Below, one piece after another: positions 15,973 to 25,694 of a DNA stretch of 43,153 bases. The stretch lies in contig CALWSW010000003.1 of NCBI GenBank assembly GCA_944384305.1, forward strand, positions 1-43,153. The letters run 5' to 3'. Position numbers and translations under genes: made by a program. The stretch is from an uncultured Christensenellaceae bacterium. GTDB lineage: Bacteria; Bacillota; Clostridia; Christensenellales; CALWSW01. A model generated the notes under the pieces. The model did no database searches. It was not told the DNA's origin and worked only from the letters and a program-made list of their open reading frames with translations. Numbering within the stretch: the stretch's first letter is position 1; every line of letters begins with the position of its first letter.

Positions 15973-17655
15973 TTAGCTTTGCGTGAGGCCGGTATCCACC
16001 CAGCCGTCGGCAGCGACGTAAATGTACACTTTATACGGCGAGGATGTGCCGACCTCGTACATGTCGCCCTGGGCGGGGCTGGTAATGGCCGCCTGCAGCG
16101 CTTCGAGCGAGCCGTACCGTCCCAGCACAGGCAGCTTTTCCTCTTGACCCAACACGAATTGCGGCTCGAACACCGTGTCGCAGATGAGGGCCAAGCGTGG
16201 GTCGGGGGCCCACCCGGTAAAGAAGCCTTTCTTCCAGGTCGGATTGGATGCGGGCGGCGTGGCAAAGGGGTGAGCGGCCGGCAGCTCCTGAACGTCGACG
16301 GGCTCTCCATTGCGATTGGTAAACGTGGCTGTGAAGCTCTGCCGCGCCGCCATGGCGGGCAAATACGTCAGGCGGTAGAAGCACTCCAAGTTGAGGGCCG
16401 AGACCAAACTGAAGATGCCGCCCGCTCCCAGGGGGGTCAATGCTTCGCCGGGGTCGGGCTCGTCCTCGTCCGGGCCTTCCAAGGGGGGCGGGGGATCGAG
16501 CTCGCCGGCGGCGATTTCACTAAGGGCGTCCGCCGCCACAGGCGCAGCCGGTGCGGCCGATACTGCGCCCCAATACAGAGTGAGGTACAACGAATCCCCC
16601 AGTCCGGAGGTGGCGTACTGGTCGGGGATGGCCCCGGCCGCGGCGGCCGTGGCGTTGGGGATGAGGATGCCGGGAATGACCTCGTCTGGCACCAACTTTG
16701 TGATGTAGCCCGAGCCGGTGTCCACATAGGCGGGCTGGTCCACACCGCTCTCGCCGCTCTCCTGCACCACGCCCAGGGGGACGTGGGCAGAAGTCTCGGC
16801 GGCGTTGTCGTTCCAGGGGCTTTCCTTGTAGAGCAGGTTCGTAGTCTCAAAAGCCAGCGTACCCCAAAGGGCGGTGGGGGTTTTGCCCCACAGGTTTTCG
16901 AGCCCCCTGTAAACGCACCAGCCCTCGACCTCGCTGCCGCCCGAGTGGTAGCCCAGGGCGCCGGACTTGCCGTTGATGTCAGTGCCCGTATGGAGCCCGA
17001 CGCTGCACACCGCCGTCTGGCTGTTCCAGTCGGCGACTTCGACGAGGTACAAGAGAAGGATGGTCGCCCAGGTCATAGCGCCAGAAGGGACCCAGCCGCT
17101 GCCGCGCTCGCCGTTCGGCCATGTCGTGGGCAGGGAGATTGACGTGGACTTGGCCGCGGGCGCGCCGGAAGAACGGCCTTCTTTATCCAGAAAGTAAGCG
17201 CTGACGTATGCTTTTTCCTCTCCCTGTTCGTTCCCTGGCACCGGCCGGTGCAGGGGGGAGACTTCTGCGCCCTCGAAGGGCTGGGCCGAAATCCGGATGG
17301 CGAGCTCTGTTTCGCTGTCGGTCACTTTGTAATAGAAGCGGGGGATCTCGACCATCACATCCCCCACATCGGGGGTCATGGTAAAGCCCAGCTCGCCCTC
17401 GTAAGCCGTAACGACGCCGTTTGTTACGTTGCACCGGCGGATGTCTCGGTAGATCGGCCGTGTGTCGAAGCTCGAACTGCCGGTAGTCGTGCCTGAAGCG
17501 GTGATGCGCTGCGGCGTAAAAGAGAATCCCACCGCGTCATCCGTGCGCGTGAGGGTAGAAGAGGCAGAAGCCTTCGTCCATTTGACGCCATAAATGTACG
17601 GCTGTTCGAGCGGCGACAGGTTGGCGTTCCCGCCGTAGAGGTATCCTGCCATCAT
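15973..17655 (-). CDS. Tail fibre / receptor-binding protein
   Basis: YGVKW..LTRTDDA, GDVMVEIPRFYYK, LLYLVE.ADWNSQ, YRGLENLWG motifs seen in Firmicutes phage fibres; position after baseplate. Confidence 0.7.
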   Translation of the reverse strand: MMAGYLYGGNANLSPLEQPYIYGVKWTKASASSTLTRTDDAVGFSFTPQRITASGTTTGSSSFDTRPIYRDIRRCNVTNGVVTAYEGELGFTMTPDVGDVMVEIPRFYYKVTDSETELAIRISAQPFEGAEVSPLHRPVPGNEQGEEKAYVSAYFLDKEGRSSGAPAAKSTSISLPTTWPNGERGSGWVPSGAMTWATILLLYLVEVADWNSQTAVCSVGLHTGTDINGKSGALGYHSGGSEVEGWCVYRGLENLWGKTPTALWGTLAFETTNLLYKESPWNDNAAETSAHVPLGVVQESGESGVDQPAYVDTGSGYITKLVPDEVIPGILIPNATAAAAGAIPDQYATSGLGDSLYLTLYWGAVSAAPAAPVAADALSEIAAGELDPPPPLEGPDEDEPDPGEALTPLGAGGIFSLVSALNLECFYRLTYLPAMAARQSFTATFTNRNGEPVDVQELPAAHPFATPPASNPTWKKGFFTGWAPDPRLALICDTVFEPQFVLGQEEKLPVLGRYGSLEALQAAITSPAQGDMYEVGTSSPYKVYIYVAADGWVDTGLTQS

Positions 17656-18560
17656 TCTACCTCCGATCCGCCGGCGGAAGTTTCAGCCACCGCCTTGCAG
17701 ATCTCGTATTGCAGGGTAATAGCCACGTCGTGCTGGCGGTCGCTGCGCAGCAGGAAGGAGCCGTCCGACGTCTCAATATAGGCGTGGATGGTCTGCACTT
17801 CAGCGATCGAGCCCATGTCGGCTGCCAGCGCCACCACCATGTCGGCCGCGCCGACGTCGGCATCCGTCACGGTGCGTTCAAACCAGTAGTACCCGTCCTC
17901 CGGTTCCCCTTCTGTCCATCCTTCTGCGGGGATGGTGCAGGTTTTGCAGATGCTGCCGCCGCCAGTCCCCATGTCTTGCAGCGCCTCTGTCAACGAGCCG
18001 CCGTTGTAGGTGACCTGGTCGGTCGTGTGCGTGTGGGTCTTTGGCGCGGCGTACTCGGTCAGGTCGGTTTGTGTCACATAGCTGCCCGCACCGATTTCGA
18101 TGGTAATGGCAGCATCCTCTTGATTGGTCGCCAGCAGCGCGAGTTCGTGCAGGTGGATGCTGTCGCCTGAATCAACCGCCGCTGGCGCTGGCACGGGCAG
18201 AATGTTGTCGCTGTCGCCGCCGTCCAGCCAAGCATAGGCAAACAGGTATTCGCCTTGCTCTTCATCCTGGGCGAAAATGCCGATCTCCCGGACTGCTGCT
18301 GGTGCGGTCAAATGGGCGTTGGTGATCTGCACCGGTATTTTGATATAAGGTGGGGAGACGTTGGCAATATACTCTTTTTCGCCCAGCTCTGCGTCCACGC
18401 CATCCAGCGGGCTGATGAGCGCGCTCAATGCGCCCTGGTCTCTCTGGCAGATGCCGTCGCCCACGGCCGCTTTGGTCAATATGAGCTGCGCGCCGGCAGC
18501 AATGGCAGCGGTCAGGGCCGCTGCGCCCTGATCGGTAATGGTAGATTGATAGCGCGCCAC
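17652..18560 (-). CDS. Baseplate-anchored tail fibre/collar protein (DUF3751-like N-terminus)
   Basis: ITDQGAAAL..LTKAAVGDG..VREIGIFAQD..LFAY; follows XkdU-like gene. Confidence 0.8.
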   Translation of the reverse strand: MARYQSTITDQGAAALTAAIAAGAQLILTKAAVGDGICQRDQGALSALISPLDGVDAELGEKEYIANVSPPYIKIPVQITNAHLTAPAAVREIGIFAQDEEQGEYLFAYAWLDGGDSDNILPVPAPAAVDSGDSIHLHELALLATNQEDAAITIEIGAGSYVTQTDLTEYAAPKTHTHTTDQVTYNGGSLTEALQDMGTGGGSICKTCTIPAEGWTEGEPEDGYYWFERTVTDADVGAADMVVALAADMGSIAEVQTIHAYIETSDGSFLLRSDRQHDVAITLQYEICKAVAETSAGGSEVE

Positions 18561-18561
18561 A

Positions 18562-19092
18562 TTAGCTCCTTTCCCCGGGCTGGTGTTTGTGCGTAACCAT
18601 GCCGGGCGTCAACCCCGACGCACAGATGAGCACCGGCTGCGTGAGTTTTTGGCGAATCGCCGTGCGCAGGATCCACAGCAGATTCGCGGGGATCATCTGC
18701 TGCAGCGTTGCTTGCAGATCCTCCCGCTGCGAATCTCCTTGCAGTTCAACGTCGATTTGGATGCGGTAATCCTCAAGCACTGCGCCTGCTTTCGGGTCGA
18801 TCGACTGCAAGTAGGACAGCAGCGTGCGCCAGGTGTAAGGCAGATGGTTGAGGTATTTGATCAGGATGCGTTCCCGCCGGCCTTCCAATGTGTCCCCAGG
18901 AGCCGCTGTAAGACCCAGGATCGCTTCCCAGCGCTCACAGCCATACTCGGATAAGCTGAGCAAGAAAAAGTCGTCTGGTGCGCTCCGGATGTCCTGGACG
19001 GCTTGCGCGTACTCCGGCTGTTCGGCATCGGCTATTTGGCCGAACTCGAACAGATTTTGTAAAAATCGCGGCCAATATTCTTTAAGCTCCAT
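18562..19092 (-). CDS. Baseplate protein XkdU/YmfQ-like (DUF2313)
   Basis: GCERWEAILGL..DTLEGRRERI, MIPANL; synteny. Confidence 0.85.
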   Translation of the reverse strand: MELKEYWPRFLQNLFEFGQIADAEQPEYAQAVQDIRSAPDDFFLLSLSEYGCERWEAILGLTAAPGDTLEGRRERILIKYLNHLPYTWRTLLSYLQSIDPKAGAVLEDYRIQIDVELQGDSQREDLQATLQQMIPANLLWILRTAIRQKLTQPVLICASGLTPGMVTHKHQPGERS

Positions 19093-20293
19093 TGGTCACC
19101 TCTCCCAGCACTGGTATTTCTTCGGCCGCCAGCGGAATGTTCGCGGTGCCGCCGTTGATGGTCGTGCCCTGGATATCGATGATCCCTTCTACATTCAAGA
19201 TGGCCGTTTCTATTTGACTGACGCGGACGATCAGGCTGTCATTGTCCGCCCAGGTCTGGGTCAGGCCGTCGAAATAGGACTGGATCGCTGCTTTGACCGC
19301 TGTTTGCGCAGTGCTCCACGACGCCGGTTCGGAAAAGGTCAGCACAAAGGTAATGTCGATCGTTTTCCCGGCGACGCCGGCGACCGTAACGACATGGCCG
19401 ATCGGGGCAACGCCCACGCCTTCCCCCTTCATCCCCACCGGGTCGACCGCCTCCTGCACTTCCGCGACCAGTTCGGCAGAAGGGACAGACCATTCGCTGT
19501 CCACCAATACGATGCGGACCGCGCCGCCCACCGTCAGCTTCCCGTCCGCAGCCGCAGCATAAACTTTCGCAAGCCATGCTTTGATTGCGTCCGCTGCTTC
19601 CACAGATGTCATCCAAGATTCCGTCCCCTCCGGGGGAATCAGTTCAGCGGGGCGAATATCGCCATTCCACACGGGAATGACCTTTACCTTCCCCACGCCC
19701 GGCAACAATTCGACTTTTGCTTTATAGTCGGCAATATTTCCGCCATATGCCTGGGACTCGAGCGATGCAAAGTAACGTTCGCGCAGCGCCTCGTCGCTCT
19801 CCTCGTCCTCCCCCGGAATAAGGATGTCCGAAAGTGTTGCCGCCGCCAGATCGGGCACATAATCGATGGGGAACAGCGTGCCGATATACTCGTTTCCGGC
19901 CGCGCCGGGCGTCTCCGCTGTCACCCGGTATTCGCTTGACGTGATCTTTTCCGCAACTGCAAAATTCAGGTCACCGCCCGAAAAGCGTGTTCCAATGGGT
20001 ACGTTACAGCCTGATCCATCGGCTTTCGTCAGTATCGCTTTTCTGACTGCACAGGTCGCGGCCACCCGGAAGACGCTTCGCTCACGGCATTTCTTCGTCA
20101 GGTCTTCGCCGGTCTCGGTGTCCGGGAACGCCCTGTCCAGCAGATAGGCCAGCTCAATATACAAGACTGCCAGCTCTGCCGCAGCAGGGGCGACAGCGTC
20201 GTACATGATCGAACCCTCGCGCTTGTCTAGGGAGGCGGAGATTCTGGCCATACAGCGCGCCATGATGTTTTCGAAGGTCATGTTCTCATACAT
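19082..20293 (-). CDS. Baseplate J/gp47 protein (XkdT-like)
   Basis: DKREGS..YDA.AP, GEDEESDEALRERY, GGNIADY, G.GVAPIGH.VTV. Confidence 0.92.
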   Translation of the reverse strand: MYENMTFENIMARCMARISASLDKREGSIMYDAVAPAAAELAVLYIELAYLLDRAFPDTETGEDLTKKCRERSVFRVAATCAVRKAILTKADGSGCNVPIGTRFSGGDLNFAVAEKITSSEYRVTAETPGAAGNEYIGTLFPIDYVPDLAAATLSDILIPGEDEESDEALRERYFASLESQAYGGNIADYKAKVELLPGVGKVKVIPVWNGDIRPAELIPPEGTESWMTSVEAADAIKAWLAKVYAAAADGKLTVGGAVRIVLVDSEWSVPSAELVAEVQEAVDPVGMKGEGVGVAPIGHVVTVAGVAGKTIDITFVLTFSEPASWSTAQTAVKAAIQSYFDGLTQTWADNDSLIVRVSQIETAILNVEGIIDIQGTTINGGTANIPLAAEEIPVLGEVTNGA

Positions 20294-20714
20294 TGGCCTG
20301 GACAGTCCTTTCTATGTGGATGCTGCCGAAGATGGTGTTGGCGGTGAACGCGACCCGCGCCGTCCGCCGGTCGAGCCGCTCGACCGTAAAGTCCGCTGTG
20401 CCGGTGATCCGGCTGTCGGCCAGCAGCGCTTCCGTTATGACGCGCTTGATCTCGCTCTCGAACACCGCATAACTTTTCCCCATAACCGCGTTCCACTCCA
20501 CGCCGTAGTCCCATGAATAGATGTAATAATGGAAGCGCTCTGTCGAGAGGATCTTGAAGATCGCCTGCTTCATAGCTTCGGTTTCGTCGGTAAAGCCGGC
20601 GACGCGGCCGGTATCAAAATTCACCTTGTAGGTTTTTGTCGGCTGTTCGGCCGCCGGCTGGATCTCGATGCCCTGCCCAATGGGCGCTCCGGCTGAATTT
20701 GGGATCAATGCCAT
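20286..20714 (-). CDS. Baseplate wedge/sheath-initiator XkdS-like (DUF2634)
   Basis: EAMKQAI.KIL.TERF.YYIYSWDYG, I.EALL.D.RI, TIFG. Confidence 0.88.
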   Translation of the reverse strand: MALIPNSAGAPIGQGIEIQPAAEQPTKTYKVNFDTGRVAGFTDETEAMKQAIFKILSTERFHYYIYSWDYGVEWNAVMGKSYAVFESEIKRVITEALLADSRITGTADFTVERLDRRTARVAFTANTIFGSIHIERTVQANV

Positions 20715-20715
20715 G

Positions 20716-21096
20716 TCACACCCTCCCCAGCACGAGGAAGGACTGTCCGCCGGCGTTGCGCAGCAGCACGACCTTCTCGCCTGTTTTCAATCCATAGTAG
20801 GATTCAGATTCCTCGCCATCGTTGGTCTTATAATCGTCTTTCAGATCATGCGCGTGGCCGGAAGCGTCTTCGGTCTGCGCCGGGAGCTTGAATCCGGTGT
20901 GCTGGTGGGTGGGGTAATACCCTTTCTTAAACTCCTTCATCAGAACGATCGCTTCGCCGGTAATGTCAAAGCGGTTGTCCACGCGGATGGTCAGAGGGGC
21001 TTCCGCCGTTACCGTGCCAAACAAAAAGGCCGCCGGCACGGAAGCATTCTGCGACTGCCTGGCGACCTTTTTCATCGTGTCAAGAAGCGCCATCAC
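20716..21096 (-). CDS. XkdR-like spike protein (DUF2577)
   Basis: FGTVT..PLTIRVD, HQH/HAH, LKTGEKVVLLR..GGQSFLVLGRV. Confidence 0.85.
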   Translation of the reverse strand: MMALLDTMKKVARQSQNASVPAAFLFGTVTAEAPLTIRVDNRFDITGEAIVLMKEFKKGYYPTHQHTGFKLPAQTEDASGHAHDLKDDYKTNDGEESESYYGLKTGEKVVLLRNAGGQSFLVLGRV

Positions 21097-22049
21097 TACA
21101 CCACCTTCAGCTTTAGGGTCATGGTTTCTTTCATGAGGTCGGCGCTGACTTCTTCCACGATGAAAAAAGAACTGACGCCGATCTTTGCGATTTCGATGGT
21201 CAACGCCTGCCCGGCCCGCACGGAAAGATCCAGCAGCGCTTTGACCTCGAATGTCCGTCTGGGGCGGTTATAGAGTTCGAGCATCATCCCGCCGCGTTCC
21301 TTGATCTGCGCTTCGTTCATCTCTTCGTCCACCGCCTCATAGTTTTGGAGAGTCCCCCACAGCGCCATATTGCCGGAATCCTGGAACAAATAGACGTCGC
21401 GCTTGCCGGTCTCTTTGTTGTCGCGCACCAGCTTGATCACGTTGTAGGTCTCGGAATCGATCTCGGATTCCTGGGTGAATCCGGTAGCCAGGCTGTTGTC
21501 GCCAATGATCAGATCCTGAACGGACTCCGTAACACCCGTCAGCCGCAGGGCGCCGAAATCATCCCACAGGACGAACATCTTGCCGGTGTTGACCAGCGTG
21601 TAGTCCAGCGCCTTCAGCACGATGTCGAAGAGGGTCTGGGCGTCTTCGACCATGGAGGGAATGGCATACCCCGTGTTTGCCAGTGCGCCGCACAGCAGGC
21701 CAAAGTCCGCCGCGATCTGGGTCAGGATCTCATCGGCGCGCTTGCCGGCAAACACATAGGTCTCTTTGTTTTTCTTCAGGTACCAGGTCTGGTCGTACGC
21801 CGTGACCGTGACTTCATCCTCTTCGTTTTGGCTGATCTTTACCACGTAGCCGTAAAAGATTCCGGCATTGTCCTCTTTCAGGGCGACGATCCCTCCGTGG
21901 TTCCACGCCACATCATTGTGCGCGAGCAGCGTCAGTTCCAAGGAGGCGGGGGAGCCGGCCCGCTTGGTCGTCCAGGTCACGCCGGTGCACAACGCGGCAA
22001 CATCGTGCGTCTCGCCGGTCACGTTGTTTTGGTACAGGATGGAGATCAT
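21096..22049 (-). CDS. XkdQ/YqbQ-like baseplate hub protein
   Basis: ATG 22049; [47 protein letters not shown]. Confidence 0.88.
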   Translation of the reverse strand: MISILYQNNVTGETHDVAALCTGVTWTTKRAGSPASLELTLLAHNDVAWNHGGIVALKEDNAGIFYGYVVKISQNEEDEVTVTAYDQTWYLKKNKETYVFAGKRADEILTQIAADFGLLCGALANTGYAIPSMVEDAQTLFDIVLKALDYTLVNTGKMFVLWDDFGALRLTGVTESVQDLIIGDNSLATGFTQESEIDSETYNVIKLVRDNKETGKRDVYLFQDSGNMALWGTLQNYEAVDEEMNEAQIKERGGMMLELYNRPRRTFEVKALLDLSVRAGQALTIEIAKIGVSSFFIVEEVSADLMKETMTLKLKVV

Positions 22050-22699
22050 GGTATGGTGAACACCTGCCCTGGGTAGATCAGGTTCGGGTTTGAGCCGATC
22101 GTGCCCTTGTTGGCTTCGTAGATCTTCGTGTAATCTCCCCCTTTGCCGTAGAATTTCTGCGCTATGCGCCACAGGCAGTCTCCTGCCTGCACGGTATAGG
22201 TTTTTTCTTCGGCGATTTCCGGTTCGCCGGCGCGTTCGGGCTCCTGCGCCTGCGCTTGGCTGTTGTCTTCAGAGAGCACGATCCGCCGCGGAGAACAGTC
22301 CTTCCATTCTGAGAGCTTGATGGAATAGTAGATGTCCCCCGGCTCGCCGCCGCGCTCTTCGTAGTCGAAGTCCTCCACCCCCATCTGCACATTGATGTCC
22401 AGGTCGGTTCCCGTGATCAAAAAGCGCAGCGGTTTCAGGGTGTCACGCGCCGCCTGGATGGCCTGCACCGCATCCAAGGGCGCGGCCAGCCTGCCCGTCA
22501 CATAAGGCGCGTCGTGTGCCGGGAAAAAGCCATCCCACGCTACCGTGCGCAGCTTCTTTTTGCGAAGCAGCAGCACTTCGCCGAGCTCCAGCACCGTTGC
22601 GGTCTCGTTCGCACCGGAGGACGTCACCTTCAATTTTGACGGCAGGACGGGAATGCTGATTTCCGCGCCGCTGGCGATCAGGGTCATGGTATAGGCCAT
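22046..22699 (-). CDS. XkdP-like LysM-domain tail protein
   Basis: C-terminal [38 protein letters not shown]. Confidence 0.92.
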   Translation of the reverse strand: MAYTMTLIASGAEISIPVLPSKLKVTSSGANETATVLELGEVLLLRKKKLRTVAWDGFFPAHDAPYVTGRLAAPLDAVQAIQAARDTLKPLRFLITGTDLDINVQMGVEDFDYEERGGEPGDIYYSIKLSEWKDCSPRRIVLSEDNSQAQAQEPERAGEPEIAEEKTYTVQAGDCLWRIAQKFYGKGGDYTKIYEANKGTIGSNPNLIYPGQVFTIP

Positions 22700-24588
22700 T
22701 AAGAATACACCCCCTCTGCAGCAGCCTGGAACTCGGTTTCCAGGCGTGTTTCGATCGCGCGCACTACTGTGTCCACATCCACTTTTTCGCTGATGCTGGC
22801 ATTCATTGCTACCGTTGGGGTGAGCGTTACGAAATTTTGTACGTAGCGCATTTCAGCAACATCGCGCAGGAACTTCAGATCTTCTTCAGCGATGTTGACG
22901 TCCTCTTCGATCTCACCGACGCTTCCAACCCGGCCAACCTCATCCACCTCAGGCTGAGTCTGCTCTTCCGCGGTCTGCTGGGCTAGTTCTGCTTTTTCTC
23001 CGGCGGCGTCCGCTGCGGCCCGCGCCGCATCGATTTCCGCCTGGCGTTCGGCCGTAGCTGCCTGGGCATCCGCTTTCATCTTCGCGAGCGCTGCATCGCG
23101 TTCAGCGGCATTTGCCTCGATCTCGTCCTGATACGCTGCCAGGTCGGCCGCGCGCGCCTGCTTGGCTGCCTCGTTCTCCAATTGTGCCGTAGTCCCGAAG
23201 GTCACGTGCTCGATGGCGTCGATCGACACAAAAGGGATGGCGTTCAACACCGAAATGAAGGCATTGATGATGTCGATGGCGCCGTTCACAAGGCTTTGCA
23301 GGATCAAAAGCACGCCCACCTTCATATCACCGACAGCGTTCTGGATGGCCGCGCCGATCGTTTGGAAGGCGAGGAGCATCTGGTCCCACAGGTTGCACAC
23401 GAAATACACGCCCGTCATGAAACCGATCTTGACCCAGTCCCAAGCTGTAAGAAGCGCGTTCACGACGGTCAACCAGGCGGCTTTGATGCCGCCCATAGCC
23501 TGGATCCACCTGTAAATGGCTGCAACAACGATGCCGATCGCCGCCGCGATCCAAAAAATGGGCGACTTTAGGAGCGTCGTAAAGAAGGTCGTTGCCGCGC
23601 CGTTGGCGATCCAGGTGGCTGCGGCATAAGCCAGCACCGCCGCCGCCACGCCGTACACGACCGGAGAAATGGCCGACCAATTTTCAACGATCCAGCCGGC
23701 CATAGAACCGATGAATTCCAGCACGGGAGTAAAAGCTTCCAGCAGGGCGTTTTTTGCGAGCGTCCAAGCTTGGGCAAAGGTCATGGACATGGATTCAAAC
23801 TTGGCATTGATTTCATCAGCGGAGGCCAACATTGCGTTTTTGACAACCGTTGCTGTGATCTTCCCTTCGGAAGCCATCTCGCGAATCTGCCCGATGGGCA
23901 CGCCCAGATAGTCGGCGATCGTCTGAATGATGGTCGGCGCCTGCTCGAAGATGCTATTCAGTTCCTCGCCGCGCAGCACGCCCGAGGACATGGCCTGTGT
24001 CAGCTGCAGCATGGCCGCGTCGATACCGGAAGCCGATGTGCCGGCAATTGTAAACTGCTTGTTGATCAGCTCGGCAAATTCGATCAGCTCATCATTGCTC
24101 GAAAAAGCGTCGCCCGCCATGATGCCCATTTTGGCAACGGCGTCGGCTGTGGTCTGGAAGTAGGCGCGGGAGCGGTTGGCCGCCTGCATGATCTTGTTCT
24201 GCAGTTCATCCGTGGTCTGCAGGCCGTCGTTCATCAGGTCCAGGCGGGCGCGGGTGGTGGTCATGCTGTCGGCAAGGTCGAGGAGCCGCTTGCCGCCCAA
24301 AGCAGCCATGGCGGTCCGGATGATGCCAGGAATTCCAGACCAAGCAGATCTGACTCTTTTTGCTCCACGCTCTGCGTCTTCCTGCTTATCATTGAACTGA
24401 TCGACCCTGCGGCTGGCTGCTCCGATGCCAGCGCTACTGTCTTCAAACGGCGCACCAGGGTCGATGCGGTCCGAAATAGCGTCCGTCTCTTCGAGCGCGC
24501 TGTTTAACCGCCCTGTCTCCTGAATCATCACATTCAGTTTTGCCGTCATTTTGTCCTGAATCGAGAACTGCGTGGATACTCCCGGCAA
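22699..24588 (-). CDS. Tape measure protein
   Basis: [24 protein letters not shown] tape-measure motif, Ala-rich helices, hydrophobic central segment. Confidence 0.93.
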   Translation of the reverse strand: MPGVSTQFSIQDKMTAKLNVMIQETGRLNSALEETDAISDRIDPGAPFEDSSAGIGAASRRVDQFNDKQEDAERGAKRVRSAWSGIPGIIRTAMAALGGKRLLDLADSMTTTRARLDLMNDGLQTTDELQNKIMQAANRSRAYFQTTADAVAKMGIMAGDAFSSNDELIEFAELINKQFTIAGTSASGIDAAMLQLTQAMSSGVLRGEELNSIFEQAPTIIQTIADYLGVPIGQIREMASEGKITATVVKNAMLASADEINAKFESMSMTFAQAWTLAKNALLEAFTPVLEFIGSMAGWIVENWSAISPVVYGVAAAVLAYAAATWIANGAATTFFTTLLKSPIFWIAAAIGIVVAAIYRWIQAMGGIKAAWLTVVNALLTAWDWVKIGFMTGVYFVCNLWDQMLLAFQTIGAAIQNAVGDMKVGVLLILQSLVNGAIDIINAFISVLNAIPFVSIDAIEHVTFGTTAQLENEAAKQARAADLAAYQDEIEANAAERDAALAKMKADAQAATAERQAEIDAARAAADAAGEKAELAQQTAEEQTQPEVDEVGRVGSVGEIEEDVNIAEEDLKFLRDVAEMRYVQNFVTLTPTVAMNASISEKVDVDTVVRAIETRLETEFQAAAEGVYS

Positions 24589-24592
24589 GAGA

Positions 24593-24811
24593 TCACCTCC
24601 TCTTTCTTCCCCTGCGGCGTTTTGCCTTTTCGGCTTCTTTCTTTTCCTTCTCTATTTGAAGATCGATGGAGGCGTAAATAAAAGCCCGTTCTCGCCGGGA
24701 AAGGGCCAGCAGCGTACCCGGCAGGATCTTCAGCCGGTGGAGGGCGTAGTGGGCATAGACCGATTCGCCGTCGGCCTCCGCCTCCTCACCGCCCCCCGTG
24801 ATCAGTTTTTT
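24593..24811 (-). CDS. Tail assembly chaperone -1 frameshift extension (GT-like)
   Basis: Slippery A AAA AAC (24811-24805); the -1 frame reads LITGGGEEAEADGESVYAHYALHRLKILP...FIYASIDLQIEKEKKE... to TGA at 24595-24593. Confidence 0.8.
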   Translation of the reverse strand, partial: KKLITGGGEEAEADGESVYAHYALHRLKILPGTLLALSRRERAFIYASIDLQIEKEKKEAEKAKRRRGRKRR

Positions 24812-25206
24812 GCTTCTTCCCTCAGATCGTTAACGTCGTCGCTGAATCCATTGATCTCCTGCACGGCCAGAAGAAGATCGGTGTACTGGCCGGGGTTCAG
24901 AATCAGGTTGATCAGGTCTTCGGCTCCGCGAACGCCGTATTTCTCTTGAAGGGCGGCGTCCTTGAAGTTGGGTTCGATGCAACAGGCAGCAACCAGCCGG
25001 CTGTTGTACAGATCGACGTCGGTCTCCGTGGTCTTGCGCCGGGTCTTTTTGTCGAACTCCACCTTTTGGCAGGTTTTTCGGATCGTTTTATTTTCCGCTT
25101 CGGTAATCGAACGGATCTCAAACGGAAAAGGGAAGGGTGCAATCGTTACTTTGGTGCGCACTTCGCCCAGTTCTGCTCCCATCAAAAATTCTTGCAGTTT
25201 TCCCAT
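24802..25206 (-). CDS. Tail assembly chaperone (XkdN-like)
   Basis: FEIRSIT, PNFKDAALQ..YGV, LNPGQY, EEAKN end; between tube and tape measure. Confidence 0.9.
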   Translation of the reverse strand: MGKLQEFLMGAELGEVRTKVTIAPFPFPFEIRSITEAENKTIRKTCQKVEFDKKTRRKTTETDVDLYNSRLVAACCIEPNFKDAALQEKYGVRGAEDLINLILNPGQYTDLLLAVQEINGFSDDVNDLREEAKN

Positions 25207-25216
25207 GGAGTCCTCC

Positions 25217-25675
25217 TCAGAATTTGGTAAAAGGGGTCAGGATGTCGAAATCCTCAAAAGTGAAGTCGATATCCTCGTCAAGAGGATCGTCGCTGTCGCC
25301 GTCGAGTTTTGCCAGCACGACGGAATCCAGATTGCACCCGATCAGCAGAGTGGACTGCTTACCGGCGGAGGATTCCTGATCGTCGTTTTCGATCACCATG
25401 TCAAAGTAGATGTCTTTGCCGGTCTGCTTCCAGGTCTTTACCATATTCCGAAACAGGGGCGACAGGTAATGCAGTGTCATGGAACCGCTGCCGCTGCCGC
25501 CGGTGGTTTTGTACCCGGTCATGCGCTTGCCGATGGCCTTGACCTCGCCTTTCGCTTTCTCGATCGTGGCTTCAATCGTCTTTGCGAAGAACAGTTCTTC
25601 GTTGTTGCCGTCGACCTTCGCGTAGGCGCGGCCTTCCTTGCCGGAAATGGTATCCGGCGAGTTGAGGGTCTTCAT
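25217..25675 (-). CDS. Tail tube protein (XkdM-like)
   Basis: DTISGKEG, G.KTTG..GSG.MT.HY, S.AGKQ, DFTFEDF. Confidence 0.93.
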   Translation of the reverse strand: MKTLNSPDTISGKEGRAYAKVDGNNEELFFAKTIEATIEKAKGEVKAIGKRMTGYKTTGGSGSGSMTLHYLSPLFRNMVKTWKQTGKDIYFDMVIENDDQESSAGKQSTLLIGCNLDSVVLAKLDGDSDDPLDEDIDFTFEDFDILTPFTKF

Positions 25676-25694
25676 TCACTCAAACTCCTTTCCA

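Noticed and set aside
15336-17655. Complete diversity-generating retroelement
   Set aside because: No reverse transcriptase, Avd or TR/VR repeat pair seen in the window.
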